Origin: Pseudovirgaria hyperparasitica
Taxonomy: Eukaryota
NCBI GenBank assembly: GCA_010093815.1
Contig: ML996565.1
Reading direction: 5' to 3' (one strand)
Length of the DNA stretch: 64,000 bases
Shown here: piece after piece, positions 49,778-61,707 of the stretch
Position numbering within the stretch: position 1 is the first letter of the stretch
Layout of the letters: each line of letters starts with the position of its first letter
The notes under the pieces: generated by a model
Told to the model about the DNA's origin: nothing
Database searches by the model: none
The model's input: the letters and a program-made list of their open reading frames with translations, nothing else
Program-made: the position numbers and the translations under genes

Positions 49778-49805
49778 AACGCGCTCAAGACGCGTCGATC
49801 ACGTG
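49778..49805. promoter_or_regulatory. MCB (ACGCGT) element, a second ACGCG core and a CACGTG E-box upstream of RAD5
   Basis: ACGCG at 49779, ACGCGT at 49790-49795 and CACGTG at 49800-49805, about 75-100 nt upstream of the ATG. Confidence 0.6.
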
Positions 49806-51518
49806 AGCACTCTAAGCTTTTTGGGGTTTCATATCAACGATTTCAACGTCCTGGGGTCAGAAGATCTTGAGTGGCTATGGTAGCTACTAAATATTCCAGC
49901 TTCCTCAATTTGAGGATTTCGCTTTACTCATCCTATGATCTCCTCGATGATTAATAATCGAAGGCCAGAAAAATCACAACCTATATTCGTAGTATCTACT
50001 CAATCTTAGGCCTCTCATTGGATTCTCTTGAATATGAACGTCCAACGCTCTCGACAAATGTAGATGTTACAAGTGCATAGATTTTTCCTGAGCATCGTCA
50101 TATCTTCCAAACCATCATACCTGGTATTCGTAGCAGCTCGGGTATGATAATCATTAAGTAGTGTACTCGAGGGTTAGACTAACAGTATGTTTAGGTGGAG
50201 AGAGCCTCCGTAGGTACTATCGGCAATGGCTGTTTTGTCACCTGTTCAGTCTCGTCCTATTCGCATTCAAGCTTTCTTCTTAAGAAGCTTCTGGCAAGAT
50301 CGTCAACGGTAAATTTTAGGAGAGCAGTTTCGAGACATACCCAATGCTCAGGAAGATCTATGACTTCAGCTAGCGGCTCATGGAGACTCCCAAGAAGACT
50401 ATGGTTATCAAAGTTGATGGAAACCAACCTGATCTGTGCTCTAGCTGACTCCTAGGAAGATACACCGGCAGTCATTAAAATACACACCAAGCGCTGACGT
50501 TCGCTTGTTCTCAACGATCAGGGCACCGATGACAATAGAGATTAGAGGAGACTCGTCGAAGAGTATGGTTTAATAAAAAGAGAAGATCAAAGGGAAACTG
50601 GTATTCTTCAAGTATTTCAGATGTCCTTTGGAATTTCAATGCTTCTTAAGGGTCAGGGAGGGGGTTTTCCACGGCTCGTTAAAATGAAGTCATGTTGAAA
50701 AATTCTGGGAAGATGGATGAGAGATCGAGCGAGGTTATGTTTGACTTGCGTTGCTAGCGCAGATCTTGAAATTGACACAATATAGGGGTTAGAGGAAAAG
50801 GAGCATGTCGTGGGAGTTCAATCGAGTGCATCGCAGCAGTGGTAGTAGGACCTTCAGCATTTCCTGTCGGTGCAAGACAACTAACGTATTGCAAGTTGCT
50901 AAAGACAAAAAACAAACCATGGAAGATTTTGTCTATATGGAGAGACAATGACTCTCAGCTTGACCGCTGACGCAATGGGCCAAAGTGAATTGAAAACAAC
51001 AAATTGCTCAACCGGGAACTTTGTTAAGGTCAGAAAATATTCAACAGGATGTTTGTTACTCAACGGTGAAATGCGTAGGTTACACCAATAACCACAATAC
51101 AAACACTGTGAGTCAACAAATTCTCTAACACAAACCACTTAGAACATATAAAAAGTAAGAGACCTATTCCGCATTGTTCAGTCTCCGTGAATACATCTAT
51201 TACTGGACAAGACACCGCCTCGCTCGACGGCCCTGCTTCAGCCTCTGCCTGTTCACTTCTGGTACCTAGATCAGAGCTTGGTCCTCATGACCACCTTTGA
51301 GAAAGGTCTCTGTCCTGTCGGTGAACAGTCACTTCACTGCTGATCTCCTTAGACTTTGGAGTACTTCTACCGATCCAAAACCCCAGCTTCACCTGTTACT
51401 AACCTCAACTACCATTTACCCTCAACTCCTGAAACACTTTCTGGATATATCGTCCTTACGGTCTCGATACATCAACGACTTCAACCCCAGTCGACTAATC
51501 AGCCCGACAGACGAAATC

Positions 51519-52707
51519 ATGGCAAAAGCTGTGAAGAAGTCAGCGCGCTCAACACCACGGTTTATAGTCCAAACACAAGCCTCGCACCCCCGTCCAGACC
51601 CAGAGTATACGGAGCCCAACAGTGCCGGCAAGAGAAAGGCCAATGCCGAAGCTGTGAAGGAAACCATCAGGTAAGACTCCTCCCACTCAGAAGCAAGATG
51701 ATGAGCTCACATACGCGGGGGCAAGACCCAAGTCAGCACGCATAACCACCAAGCCAACCAACGCCAAAAAAGCGGACAAAGATCCCAACAATGATATACA
51801 GATGAAACAAATCAACGCAACTGAAGACACGCGCGAGTTCCGCAAAGTCACATACGCCGCAACCAGCGGTGTCCTAAGCCCCTATTTCACCACGCACCTC
51901 ACAGCACCAAGCTCCACCACCACCCCCCTCGACGCCCTCCCAACTACCCCGGCAACACCACCACCACCACCAACCACCATCATCGCCGACCGTAGCGATC
52001 GTGCCATCCGCACCAGCACCAAAATCCTCTACCTCCTCCACCACACCCTCACCCCGACCCAAGTCAAAGTCCTCTACGCCCAATCCACCAGCATCTCCGA
52101 GCCCAGCCAAATCGCCGACACAGACCCCTGTCTCGCGCTCTTCGCGGCGCGCAGCACTGCCCTGACCAACCACTGGACGACGCAAATCCTGCACAAGTAC
52201 AGCCGGGCCAAAGTGCGCTGCGCGCTCGGCGTGTCGAAGAAGCAGGCAGGCCGGGACATCTCCGCGCTGACGGACGAGGAGCGGCGGTACTTCTGGCAGA
52301 TGCTCTGGGAGGGGACAGGCGAGGAAAAAGAGAAGGAGAAGGAGGCGCGGGGGGAGGAGACGGAGGAAGAGGAAAGCGTGCTGCGTATATTTTTGAAGCC
52401 TGTTGCCGAGGTAGTGGATTGGGAATGTGTGTTCCGCGGGGAGACAAACGAGAAACGGATGACGGAGCGGGATAAGGAGGCTGTTGTGCTGAACCGCGAG
52501 TATCTGCGAGAGACGTTTCTGTATGCTATGGATATCACGTATATGTGTTATTTTGACGGAGGCAAGAAGGGGAAGGCGTCAAAGGAGGATTGTGCGCGAA
52601 TGGAGGAGCTTTGGGAGAAGTGGCCCGGGGATGTTGCGAAGAGACGGCCTGGATTGGATACGTTAGTGGTGCTGCCCGGATTGGGTATGCAATTTGAGCT
52701 TCTGTGA
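51519..52707 (+). CDS. Hypothetical protein with a basic N-terminus and no recognised domain
   Basis: ATG at 51519. A phase-2 intron 51672-51725 joins MAKAVKK... in frame to the 301-aa ORF at 51802. Confidence 0.7.
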
Positions 52708-54124
52708 TGAGGAGTCTGTTGGGTGGTGTTTGAAGGGCTGAATCGAATGCCGTGAACCCCTTGGAGCGTTTAGCATCCTTAGTGAGAACACAATGGGATC
52801 AAGGCTTAGTTTGCTCAGATGGGACATCAATGTCTCCCGGTCCACTGTCAAGCTTCGCCGACAATACTAGACCTAGAACTACGGCATATCTATCATTAGA
52901 CGCACCCGGATCCCGAACCACGCTACAAACCGCCGGGACCCACATTTAAGCTCCATCAGAAGCCGTTCCGACCGTCGGATGCACGCCTCGAACGTTTGTA
53001 TCCGGCTCCACAGCCTACCTAGGTAAGTAATCCATCATTCTAGACAGCACAAAGCCGGAACCAAGCTCTACGCACGCTCGAAGACGAAGGCTTGAAACTG
53101 ACAATGCCAAGTGCCAAAATGACATGTAGACTCTCTACATAACCGTGCCGTCCTGCTCCGGGTGATAATTCGTCAAGTGGTGTTCGACCTCGTTAGGTCT
53201 AGCTAAAGCATAGATGTAGCTAGCTATCCCCTCAATCGGGTTAAACGATATGTGTGTGGCAAATAGCTCCTGCATGCATGCATACATACATAGGAATACT
53301 GCCTAAGCAGGAGGTGGGTATGCCCCGCATGAGCGCGGCTAATACCTCGTATAGGTAGTAGATGCATGCATGATGTCGTGGGAGTTCTCGATTCGAGCGC
53401 CCCAGTTCAGGCCTTGGCACGTGACATGACGTAAGGAGACCTCGGTAGTTAGGTAAGGGTAAAGTAGAAGCTGAGGAAGCTGAGGTGGGAGGTAAAGTTA
53501 TGAATGTGGCAAATCGTTGCCAAAGTCACATCGACGTCATGAACAGGGCGTGCTCGCGTCAAATTAAGATTGAGATCAGGCCGTATCGGGATGTGTCATT
53601 GGAAAGTATATATCGAACGCCCATATTTCAGACGCCACCCACTATGTCTTAGATCTCTATGGCGCCGAACAGTATTAAACAGTGCGAGACTCGAAGCAGA
53701 ACGTGTGGTAGGTATTGGAAAAGCAAAATGCGTAAGCCCTCACAAGATGCTAGCAAAGAATGCAGAAGCGATGAACAATGAGATGAATGAAAACAAACAT
53801 GACCTTCTGATGCAATTGTCGCTAACAAAGAAGACCTATGACCATCCGTTCCTACAACATAGGGGGTAATAATATCGCACCTATCAATAAAGCAAGCATC
53901 CACTCTTCCCAATGTTTGGCCGGCTGCAGGTCGGTCCTTCCCCCGATAAACTCCAGCATAGATTCGTGTGTCTTCGTTGTTTCGGCGTGATCAATAGATG
54001 ACATTTTTGTGTCTTTGACGTGTCACCATTCCTTTGGGGCGTTATGTTAAAACAGTATGAAACCATCGTCCAGCGCCATGCGATATGCGGCATAAATAAA
54101 AGTGTTCTTTCTAACCACGCATTT

Positions 54125-55930
54125 CTACAATGGCTCATTCTGCGGCCCAGCTGCTACACACCAATGTCGGTGGTAGACCCAAGCGCTCTTTTGACACTCT
54201 TTGCTGCAGTACTTTGTCCGACGGCATCTTCGGCATTTTGCGAATTGTCGAGTATACTCTTCCCATCGACCGCACTCGTAGAATGCACATTGTCGGATAC
54301 CACCTCTGGCATCATCCTTACGGCACAGATTGCGCATCACTACACCGGCCCAGTACTGCATGTCCTGCGTGTGGTGGCGTACGGTGAATTTTTCAACGAG
54401 AGGGAAGATGTTGAAGTCGTCCGGCAGCAGGTACTCCTCGTCATCATCATCCTCAGCCATATGAGCGTCGCTGCATGGCTCAGCGTCAAGCGCACCAAGC
54501 TCCTCCCCACCAATCTTCAGGCGAGGAACAAGATGCGACTGTTGAAAGAACGAGCGAAGATTGCAATACTTGGACACGTATGCGAGGAGTTGAAGAGACA
54601 TTAGTACGTCCTCATCCCGGGGCATGGCTGCAAGAAGCGCAGAAGTAGTGCTTCGTTCCGCGGGAAACCGTGGGTACCAGTTAACATTGGTGAGAGTCGG
54701 TGGGGTCGGATGTGTGACATTCACAGTAGGCTGAGCAGGCGAGAAGCTAATGGCAGCAGTGGTCGGAAGACTGCCATCAATGGCGCGATGGGTAATGTTG
54801 AACGTTTCGTCGTCGCCTGTTTCCGCGGGAGGAGCTACCTGGGTAGCGTTGCCATTCAAGTTCCCACTCTCTACAATTTCCTGCATGTTGATTTCATTCT
54901 GCAGCCCGACCAAGGGCTCCGGACCAGATTCTACATCGGCAGGAGCCTCGGGAACAATGTCTGTGACCTCCCCTTCGTCGGATTCACCTGATGTCGATAT
55001 CTGGTGTCGTATTGAAGGACGCCTTCTCCATTCAGTGGTGCCGCTGGGACGAGGAGTCGTCGGACGCACTGTATTGTGAGCATGGGGTGTTGTTGGTGAC
55101 TCAGGCTGGGACATGATTTCAGCCTGGAGAGCAGGCAGCATTGAGGGTAGACGGTCTGCATCGCGGACAGGACGGAGCCTGAACGCATCGTCGATGGATG
55201 CAGAAGCAGTCGCGATAGGTTGAGGTACTGCGCGATGACCCCTGTTGAACGTTGCCGTCTGTGCTTCGTTGAGCCTCTGGAAATGGGGATGATTGTGGTG
55301 CCGGAAGGTTGTCCGCTCCGGTGGAGATGAGAGCGAGAAGGCAGGTGTGGGAGTCGCGTCTGCGGACTGAAGTTCTGCATCGTTCTGCTGATATGGCTGG
55401 GGAATTTCAATGGGTGGCGGCACTTGACGCCTGGATCGGTCGGAACGAGAATGCGAAGACGCACTATGCTCTCTGCAGTAGTGCCGACTTGATGAACCAA
55501 GTTTATGCGAAGACCGCCTAATCTCAGTATCAGCCTTCTCACGACACTTGTCGACGACCTTGACGTAATTATCAAGAATTGTGGCGATGACTGGCACCAT
55601 GTCTGCTTCTACTACCCTCGTTCTAACGTTCTCGGAACCGCGGACACCAATGTTAAATAGACATTGGAAGGCCAAGTTCCATTTCCACATATCCATCAAA
55701 TCTTTGCTTCTGCCATCTTTCAATATACAAACAAGCCTTTCGACGCCTCCATCGACTGTAAGTATGTCACGGATTCGAGGAGAGGAGGTTGTGAGATATG
55801 CCAGATGGTTGAGAGAGTTGATGAGGGGTAGGGTTGAGGTGCAATCAAGAGCACGACGGTCGTAAAGGGCGGTCGTAATGCCAACAGAGGCCTTGTTGGC
55901 ATTTGGAATACTGAAATTGACTTCTCGCAT
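54125..55930 (-). CDS. MUB1: MYND zinc-finger protein SamB/Mub1
   Basis: 'ITTALYDRRALDCT', 'LNHLAYLTTSSPRIR', 'YWAGVVMRNLCRKDD' and the MYND finger 'CAFYEC...KCRRCRRTKYCSKECQKSAW..HRHWC'. Confidence 0.95.
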   Translation of the reverse strand: MREVNFSIPNANKASVGITTALYDRRALDCTSTLPLINSLNHLAYLTTSSPRIRDILTVDGGVERLVCILKDGRSKDLMDMWKWNLAFQCLFNIGVRGSENVRTRVVEADMVPVIATILDNYVKVVDKCREKADTEIRRSSHKLGSSSRHYCREHSASSHSRSDRSRRQVPPPIEIPQPYQQNDAELQSADATPTPAFSLSSPPERTTFRHHNHPHFQRLNEAQTATFNRGHRAVPQPIATASASIDDAFRLRPVRDADRLPSMLPALQAEIMSQPESPTTPHAHNTVRPTTPRPSGTTEWRRRPSIRHQISTSGESDEGEVTDIVPEAPADVESGPEPLVGLQNEINMQEIVESGNLNGNATQVAPPAETGDDETFNITHRAIDGSLPTTAAISFSPAQPTVNVTHPTPPTLTNVNWYPRFPAERSTTSALLAAMPRDEDVLMSLQLLAYVSKYCNLRSFFQQSHLVPRLKIGGEELGALDAEPCSDAHMAEDDDDEEYLLPDDFNIFPLVEKFTVRHHTQDMQYWAGVVMRNLCRKDDARGGIRQCAFYECGRWEEYTRQFAKCRRCRRTKYCSKECQKSAWVYHRHWCVAAGPQNEPL

Positions 55931-56546
55931 GTTGGACGCAGGACTTAAAAATGGATAAAGCGTGTGCTGGAGTCAAGGATAGATTGTCGTTCTCGGGTGT
56001 AAGCGTCGAAATTTGTGCCCCTGGCTACGACCTCGGGAAGACGGACTCGGTGGTGTGTTGAGGTGACGAGACGACCAGATCGAGAGCGCCAGATATTACT
56101 TTTATGGAGGTCTATATCGTCTGCAGGAGACGGAAGATGGAAGATGGAAAGGCGACGAAGAGAGGTAGCGGTGTCGAGGAGTCGAGGGGTTTTTGAAGAG
56201 ATTACGCCAAGCCTTTGCGATGAATCGACAACAGAAAATCGCCTGTACGCGATATCGAAGAGCTTGAGCGGAGAAGAAAGTCAAGAAGAGTGTTGTGAGA
56301 TCGAAGAAGGTCGCTAGCTGAAGGACGTAAAGTCGTTTGAGCGAGCAGTACGGACTTGAAGGTCGGCAGAATGTGCCGGGATGGGAAAGGGCGTGGCGGC
56401 TTTCAGGCCCGAGAGAAAGCTGAAAGAAGCACACTCAGCTGGGACGAGCAGCGAGAAGAAGGAGAATGGATTGATGTGTGGAAATTATGTTCTTGGTATA
56501 CGATGCCCTCGTAAAGCTGGGAGGATTGGAGATGAGGAGGGAGAGA

Positions 56547-56659
56547 TGTGGAGAGTGAAGTGGTGTTGAGAGGAGGGTGACGGAGATGTGGAAGAAGGGT
56601 GTGGAGAGTGAAGTGGTGTTGAGAGGAGGGTGACGGAGATGTGGAAGAAGGGTGTGGAG
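56547..56659. repeat. Perfect 53-bp tandem duplication upstream of MUB1/samB
   Basis: TGTGGAGAGTGAAGTGGTGTTGAGAGGAGGGTGACGGAGATGTGGAAGAAGGG at 56547 and 56600. Confidence 0.97.
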
Positions 56660-58132
56660 TTTGAGTTGTCAGACCGCTGTTAGTAGTTAGTGGGTAATTA
56701 GTGGGTGGCCAGGTGGGTGGCAGCGGTCGCCCGGGTTCTCAGCAATGTACTGTGTATTACTGTATGTTGTTGGTACAGTAGCAGCGAGACGGGTGACGGC
56801 TGTGGGCTGTGGGCTGTGGGCTGTGTGCTGCTGTGGGCGACCAGCAACCTACGGGCTTAAATTAGGGGGGAGAGGAGAGGGAGGGTCACGACGTTTAGCT
56901 GCGCGAGCCTGGGAACAAAAGGGCGAGGTGGTGCCCCCGGGAGGTGCTGAGAGGCGCCCGGCAAGTGGTGGGAGGTGCCCAAGTAGGTACTGGTTGGTAC
57001 TGTACTGCACCTCCTGTTGCTCCAGGGCTCCAGGGCTAATATTAGTGGAGGACTCTTGGCGGAGATGGATCTTCCAAGCTTGGTAAGTAAGCTTCTCGTC
57101 TCGACCTACTGATGATGACTCTCGGGGCCAAAATGCCAGTGGTCCTGTTGGCCAGCAAGTCAGAAAGAACTATTAGCGACTTGCCACACGCCATAATTAG
57201 GGTCCAAAGTATACCTCCATGCCACGCCACGGTACTGCACTCATCTGCTCTGCTCTGCACGGCATTCACTGTTACTGCATACTTTCATACATACATAGTA
57301 CGTACATATTACATGCACTGACACTACAATGATGCTAATGGATAAGGCTGACCTGGCCTGCCACCGCACGTGAAGATCAGTGCATGATATTCCATCCCAA
57401 CTGCCTGTTTCGTCCTGTGGCCCACCCAAGTTCCAATACACTGCTGTGACTGTCTGTTGGCGATGGCTCCTCTGTGACATGCGACGTGATTGTGAGAGTG
57501 AGAGATTGCCAGGAGTTCTCGGTCTCAAAATGCGCTGAGACCTGCCATCTGTCAATATGCGGTCATACTTGGTATTCTGGTGATTAATTACGTTGATATT
57601 CTAAAGTCTTTTGTGAATTCTAATTAGGTCTAGAAGCGTGCAAGTGCAGTAGCCGTGGTGGGCCAGGCTGATCGGGACTGAGGATACTGGGACCGGGACT
57701 AGAGCTACCGGGAAAGGGGACTGGGTACAGAGAATGCCGGAAGTTGCTTGCATTTGCTTGTCCATTCACTCTCAGCCAATCATCTACGCCTATCAAGGCC
57801 ATTCCCGCATAAGGTCTCAACGCCTCAGGCGCTTGCTTGGCCTGTCTAGCTAGGTAACGGGTGTCGGCCGGCTGTCCCTGTCCCTGTTCGTTCCCGGCGC
57901 CTTTGCCTTTTTTTCCCACGCTAATTACCTACAGGTAGCTTTGTCCACGCCTATACAGCATTCCCGTCTACTACATTGACAATACCAGCTCCAGCCTTTT
58001 GGTTGCCGTTATCCATTCATTCATCCATGTCACAGAACGTGTGAAGCAACAGCCTGCAAGGCTGTAAAGCCTGTCTGAATCTAACGCTTCTCCTCCCCCT
58101 CCCTCTCCACAAGTTCATTGCCATCCAATTCA

Positions 58133-60211
58133 ATGGCAGACACGGACGATGTCAAGGCGAGGGACTTCCAACCGACTCAAGAATTCCCACGCTTCGACCC
58201 TGAAGAGGCAAATCGAGCGCGCAGCTATTCGTCTGCTCATCAAAACACAGCGTCCACTCTCTCGCCGCACCCTGCACGAGACATAGCCTCACCCAACGGT
58301 GGTCGCCCTTCCGTTGACACGCTACGACGTCGCCCTACACGCTCAAATACCGTTCGCAATTATTCTGCTAAACCACGTCCCCAGTTTGAAGAGCCTGGAG
58401 CTGAGCCTGGGGTCGATCCTTCTCGGGAGCTGCCCAGTGACCGCTACGTACATTTGAGGACAGATTGTGAAATCACTGTGGTAGACTTTTCCGATGAACA
58501 CATACAAGAATATCAACTGGACAATACCTCTCTTGCTGAGTTTCTCACACATGATAAGGAAGCTTGGGTGTCTTGCCGATGGATCAATGTGAATGGACTC
58601 AGCTGGGACGTCATCAAAACGCTTGGCAGGGAGAAAAATCTCCATAGGCTTGCGATAGAGGATCTGATGAATACACGAGGCAGGACAAAAGCTGACTGGT
58701 ATTCGGACCATGCGTTTAGTAAGTCTTCCTTCGATGTGCAACATGCTACGTGACCTGAGCAGACTATTCGTGACGAATAATTTGGATCATGCTTGCGTCC
58801 TTTGATATAGCACAAGAATCAATACATTTCATACTCATTCTGACTCTTTGTGTCACTGACGACCAGCGCTCATTGCTGATACTTTGCAGTCCTCCTTACC
58901 CTCCAGAAACTTGTGGAGCTACAGCACGACTCTGACAGCGATTCGGAGAGTGACGAAGATGATATATGGCACAAAGGTTCTAGAAGTCATTCAAGATCTC
59001 AAGGTCAAAAAAAAAGAAAGAGGAAAAAGAAGAAGTCAAAATCGCTATTTACCAAAATTCGGGAAAAGCTTCCCTTCGGCAACATGAATGACGCGGATAC
59101 ATTCAACGTTGTCGAAAAGAATCAGATTCGGGGTGCCAAAAGTTTCGCTTTGCAAGCAGACGGTTCGGTCATGACAACAATGCGCCAAGGAGGAATGCCA
59201 TCTGCGAGGGATGGCATCCGCACGCTCCAGCGTTATCGGGGAGGCCCAAATGTCGAACGTACATTGTACATGGAGCGCCATTCGCCACTCTTCAAGAAAC
59301 ATCTAGCCGTAGCCGTGGAGCAAGTCTCTCTGTTCATGACCGCCGACAACACAATCATAAGCTTCTTCGAGCATTCTGCCTCGGAGATTGCCGAACCAAT
59401 TCTTACCCGCTTGAACACATCGGATACCATTTTGCGACGCAGTTGTGATGCAACAATGCTTGCTCAAGCTATAATAGATGCCATAATTGATCTCGCTATT
59501 CCAGTTGTGACCGCATATGAAGATTCCATGGCCCAGCTAGAACTCGAGGTCTTGACCGACCCCGACATTAACCACTCGCGATCTTTGTATATCCTTACTT
59601 CCGAACTCATGGTTCTCAAAAATACCATTCAGCCTATTCGCAGTTTGATCTCGACCCTTCGCGACCACAAGTCGGATTCCTCCACCACAGGAGGAACTCC
59701 CGGGTTGGCAGCAAGACCGAGCAAAACAATAACCACCATCGCAATCTCGCCCCTGGCCCATACGTACCTAGGCGACGTTGAAGATCACTGTATTCTCATC
59801 ACACAATCTCTGGATCAAATGCGACTGGCTGCAGATAACATGATTGATCTAATATTCAACATCATGAGCACGTATCAAAACGAATCGATGAAACAGCTCA
59901 CAGCGGTAACCATTTTCTTCCTACCATTAACATTCTTGACGGGATATTTCGGGCAAAACTTTGAGGGTTTTGGGGCCATTAAGAATAGTGACGCTTTCTT
60001 CTGGTATATCGCTGCCCCAGTGATGGTGGTCACAATAATGGTCTTAATGTAAGGACCTCGTACTAGGTGCTATTCAGTGAGGGTTATGCTAATACATTAC
60101 AGGCGCGGCCGGATTCAACGGGCCGTCATTAGCTACGGCGCAAAATATGATATCAAGAAATCTCGGAAGAGGAGAGGAGTCTCGAATGATGGTCGGGGCA
60201 GGAGAAGGTAA
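58133..60211 (+). CDS. CorA/MIT-family divalent cation transporter
   Basis: '[10 protein letters not shown]', 'LHRLAIEDL', 'EQVSLF', 'YLGDVEDH' and '[28 protein letters not shown]', followed by a second TM helix. Introns at about 58719-58889 and 60049-60102. Confidence 0.92.
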
Positions 60212-61707
60212 TGCAAAGATTAAACACGGAGACGCGTCTCCCAACATATCACACAAACACTCGAGTCCCCATGACTTGCTAGAGACTTTCTCACCATGAA
60301 TGGGCACCCACTGCCCTGAAAGCTCGTATCAGATTGGTAAGCATAGTCCCCTTCCTTCCTACCGCCCTCTCTCCTCTTTGACAATGATGAACAACGATAT
60401 CGTTACTACCCAGCTCACTCTTACGCGCACGTCGCGGCTGACGAGAACGCGATTCTACTCCTGAGTCACAACATCCTTGAAATCACTGTAACAGTATCTC
60501 TTGTCTATCTCAATGCTAATCGTGGCGCATTAGCTCCTCATCTTTCGCCCAGGCTCGTCAATGTATAAACTCCTTCTCTCCACACCTCAACAGAGCAAAA
60601 GAATCGGGGAGATAGTTACCAAAAATCAGCATCGAGCCCGAAAAAGTGAAGGACATGGAAACAAGTCTGATAGATGATGTTGTCAAATGGCATACATACA
60701 TCGACGAAGATCCCACCCCTGTGCACATCACTGAGCACAACGCATAGCAAGCAATGTAGACGGAATAAATACACGACCACCGTAACATGCTCTAGAACTT
60801 CCAACTATGTGATCCATGACCCATCCCGTCCGTTCTTGTCTCATGTCCTCAATTCTTAATCTCCCCGCCAATGAAAATACATATACATATACACACCCAT
60901 ACACACACCGCAAGAAACCCACAAGGCACTTTATACTATACTCAACTCTCCGTACTTTCCCATCACATCACGCCTTTAATATATATTGTATACCCCATCA
61001 CGCAGTACTCTGTAATATATGCATGCATACACACTCCCATCTCACCCACCCCGCGCACCCGGAAACGTGACCTAGTATATACACATATGTATACAACAAA
61101 TAACACAAACCAACACAGAACGCCTCCCTCTCCAACTTTGTCAAATCCAACCAGTAAGACACGCTTGCTCGCCGCAGTTACACTCAGCACCAAAGAAGAC
61201 ACATGCTATGTATGTATGTATATGCATCTTATATACATATATACGAATCGAAAGTGAAAGATACCTACGGTCTTCAACGGTTTAAGAAAAAAGGGGAAAA
61301 CTTTTCGCTTCGAACTGCATATATGTTATTGGTACGAGGAATGTGCCCTGCGCCGATAGGTACGGTTGTCTTGGGGTGTCATTTGCGAATGAGACGGTAG
61401 TTTCGGGTTTTTGTTTTCCGAGAGTATATATATACGTAGGTACTCCTACTACTGTGTTAATAGAGCGTGTGCCGCCCGAAGTCTGAAGAAACCCTTCAGG
61501 TAAAGGGTAATGGGTGGTGCTCAGGAGGAAAATAGTCCAACACCATGTATGATATGTATATATGTATGTACGGCGGAACAAATCGCTGCCAATAATGCGA
61601 CAACGTTTGTACGGACTACAAATGTACCTCTACAGCCCCGTCCCCATGCACACACTCACACAAAGTGCCTGCCGGTCACTTTACTTTCTTTACAAATTCT
61701 CTCCCAC

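Noticed and set aside
58719..58889. Possible box C/D snoRNA or nested intron in the long CorA intron (GTGACGA...CTGA; second branch point and acceptor)
   Set aside because: The C box is imperfect, there is no terminal stem, and I see no convincing rRNA guide of 10 nt or more. The alternative acceptor is out of frame. A snoscan/Rfam search would settle it.
60558..61600. Several His/Thr/Tyr-rich short ORFs
   Set aside because: They arise from (TA)/(CA)/(TATG) simple repeats between the convergent CorA and CUL4 3' ends.
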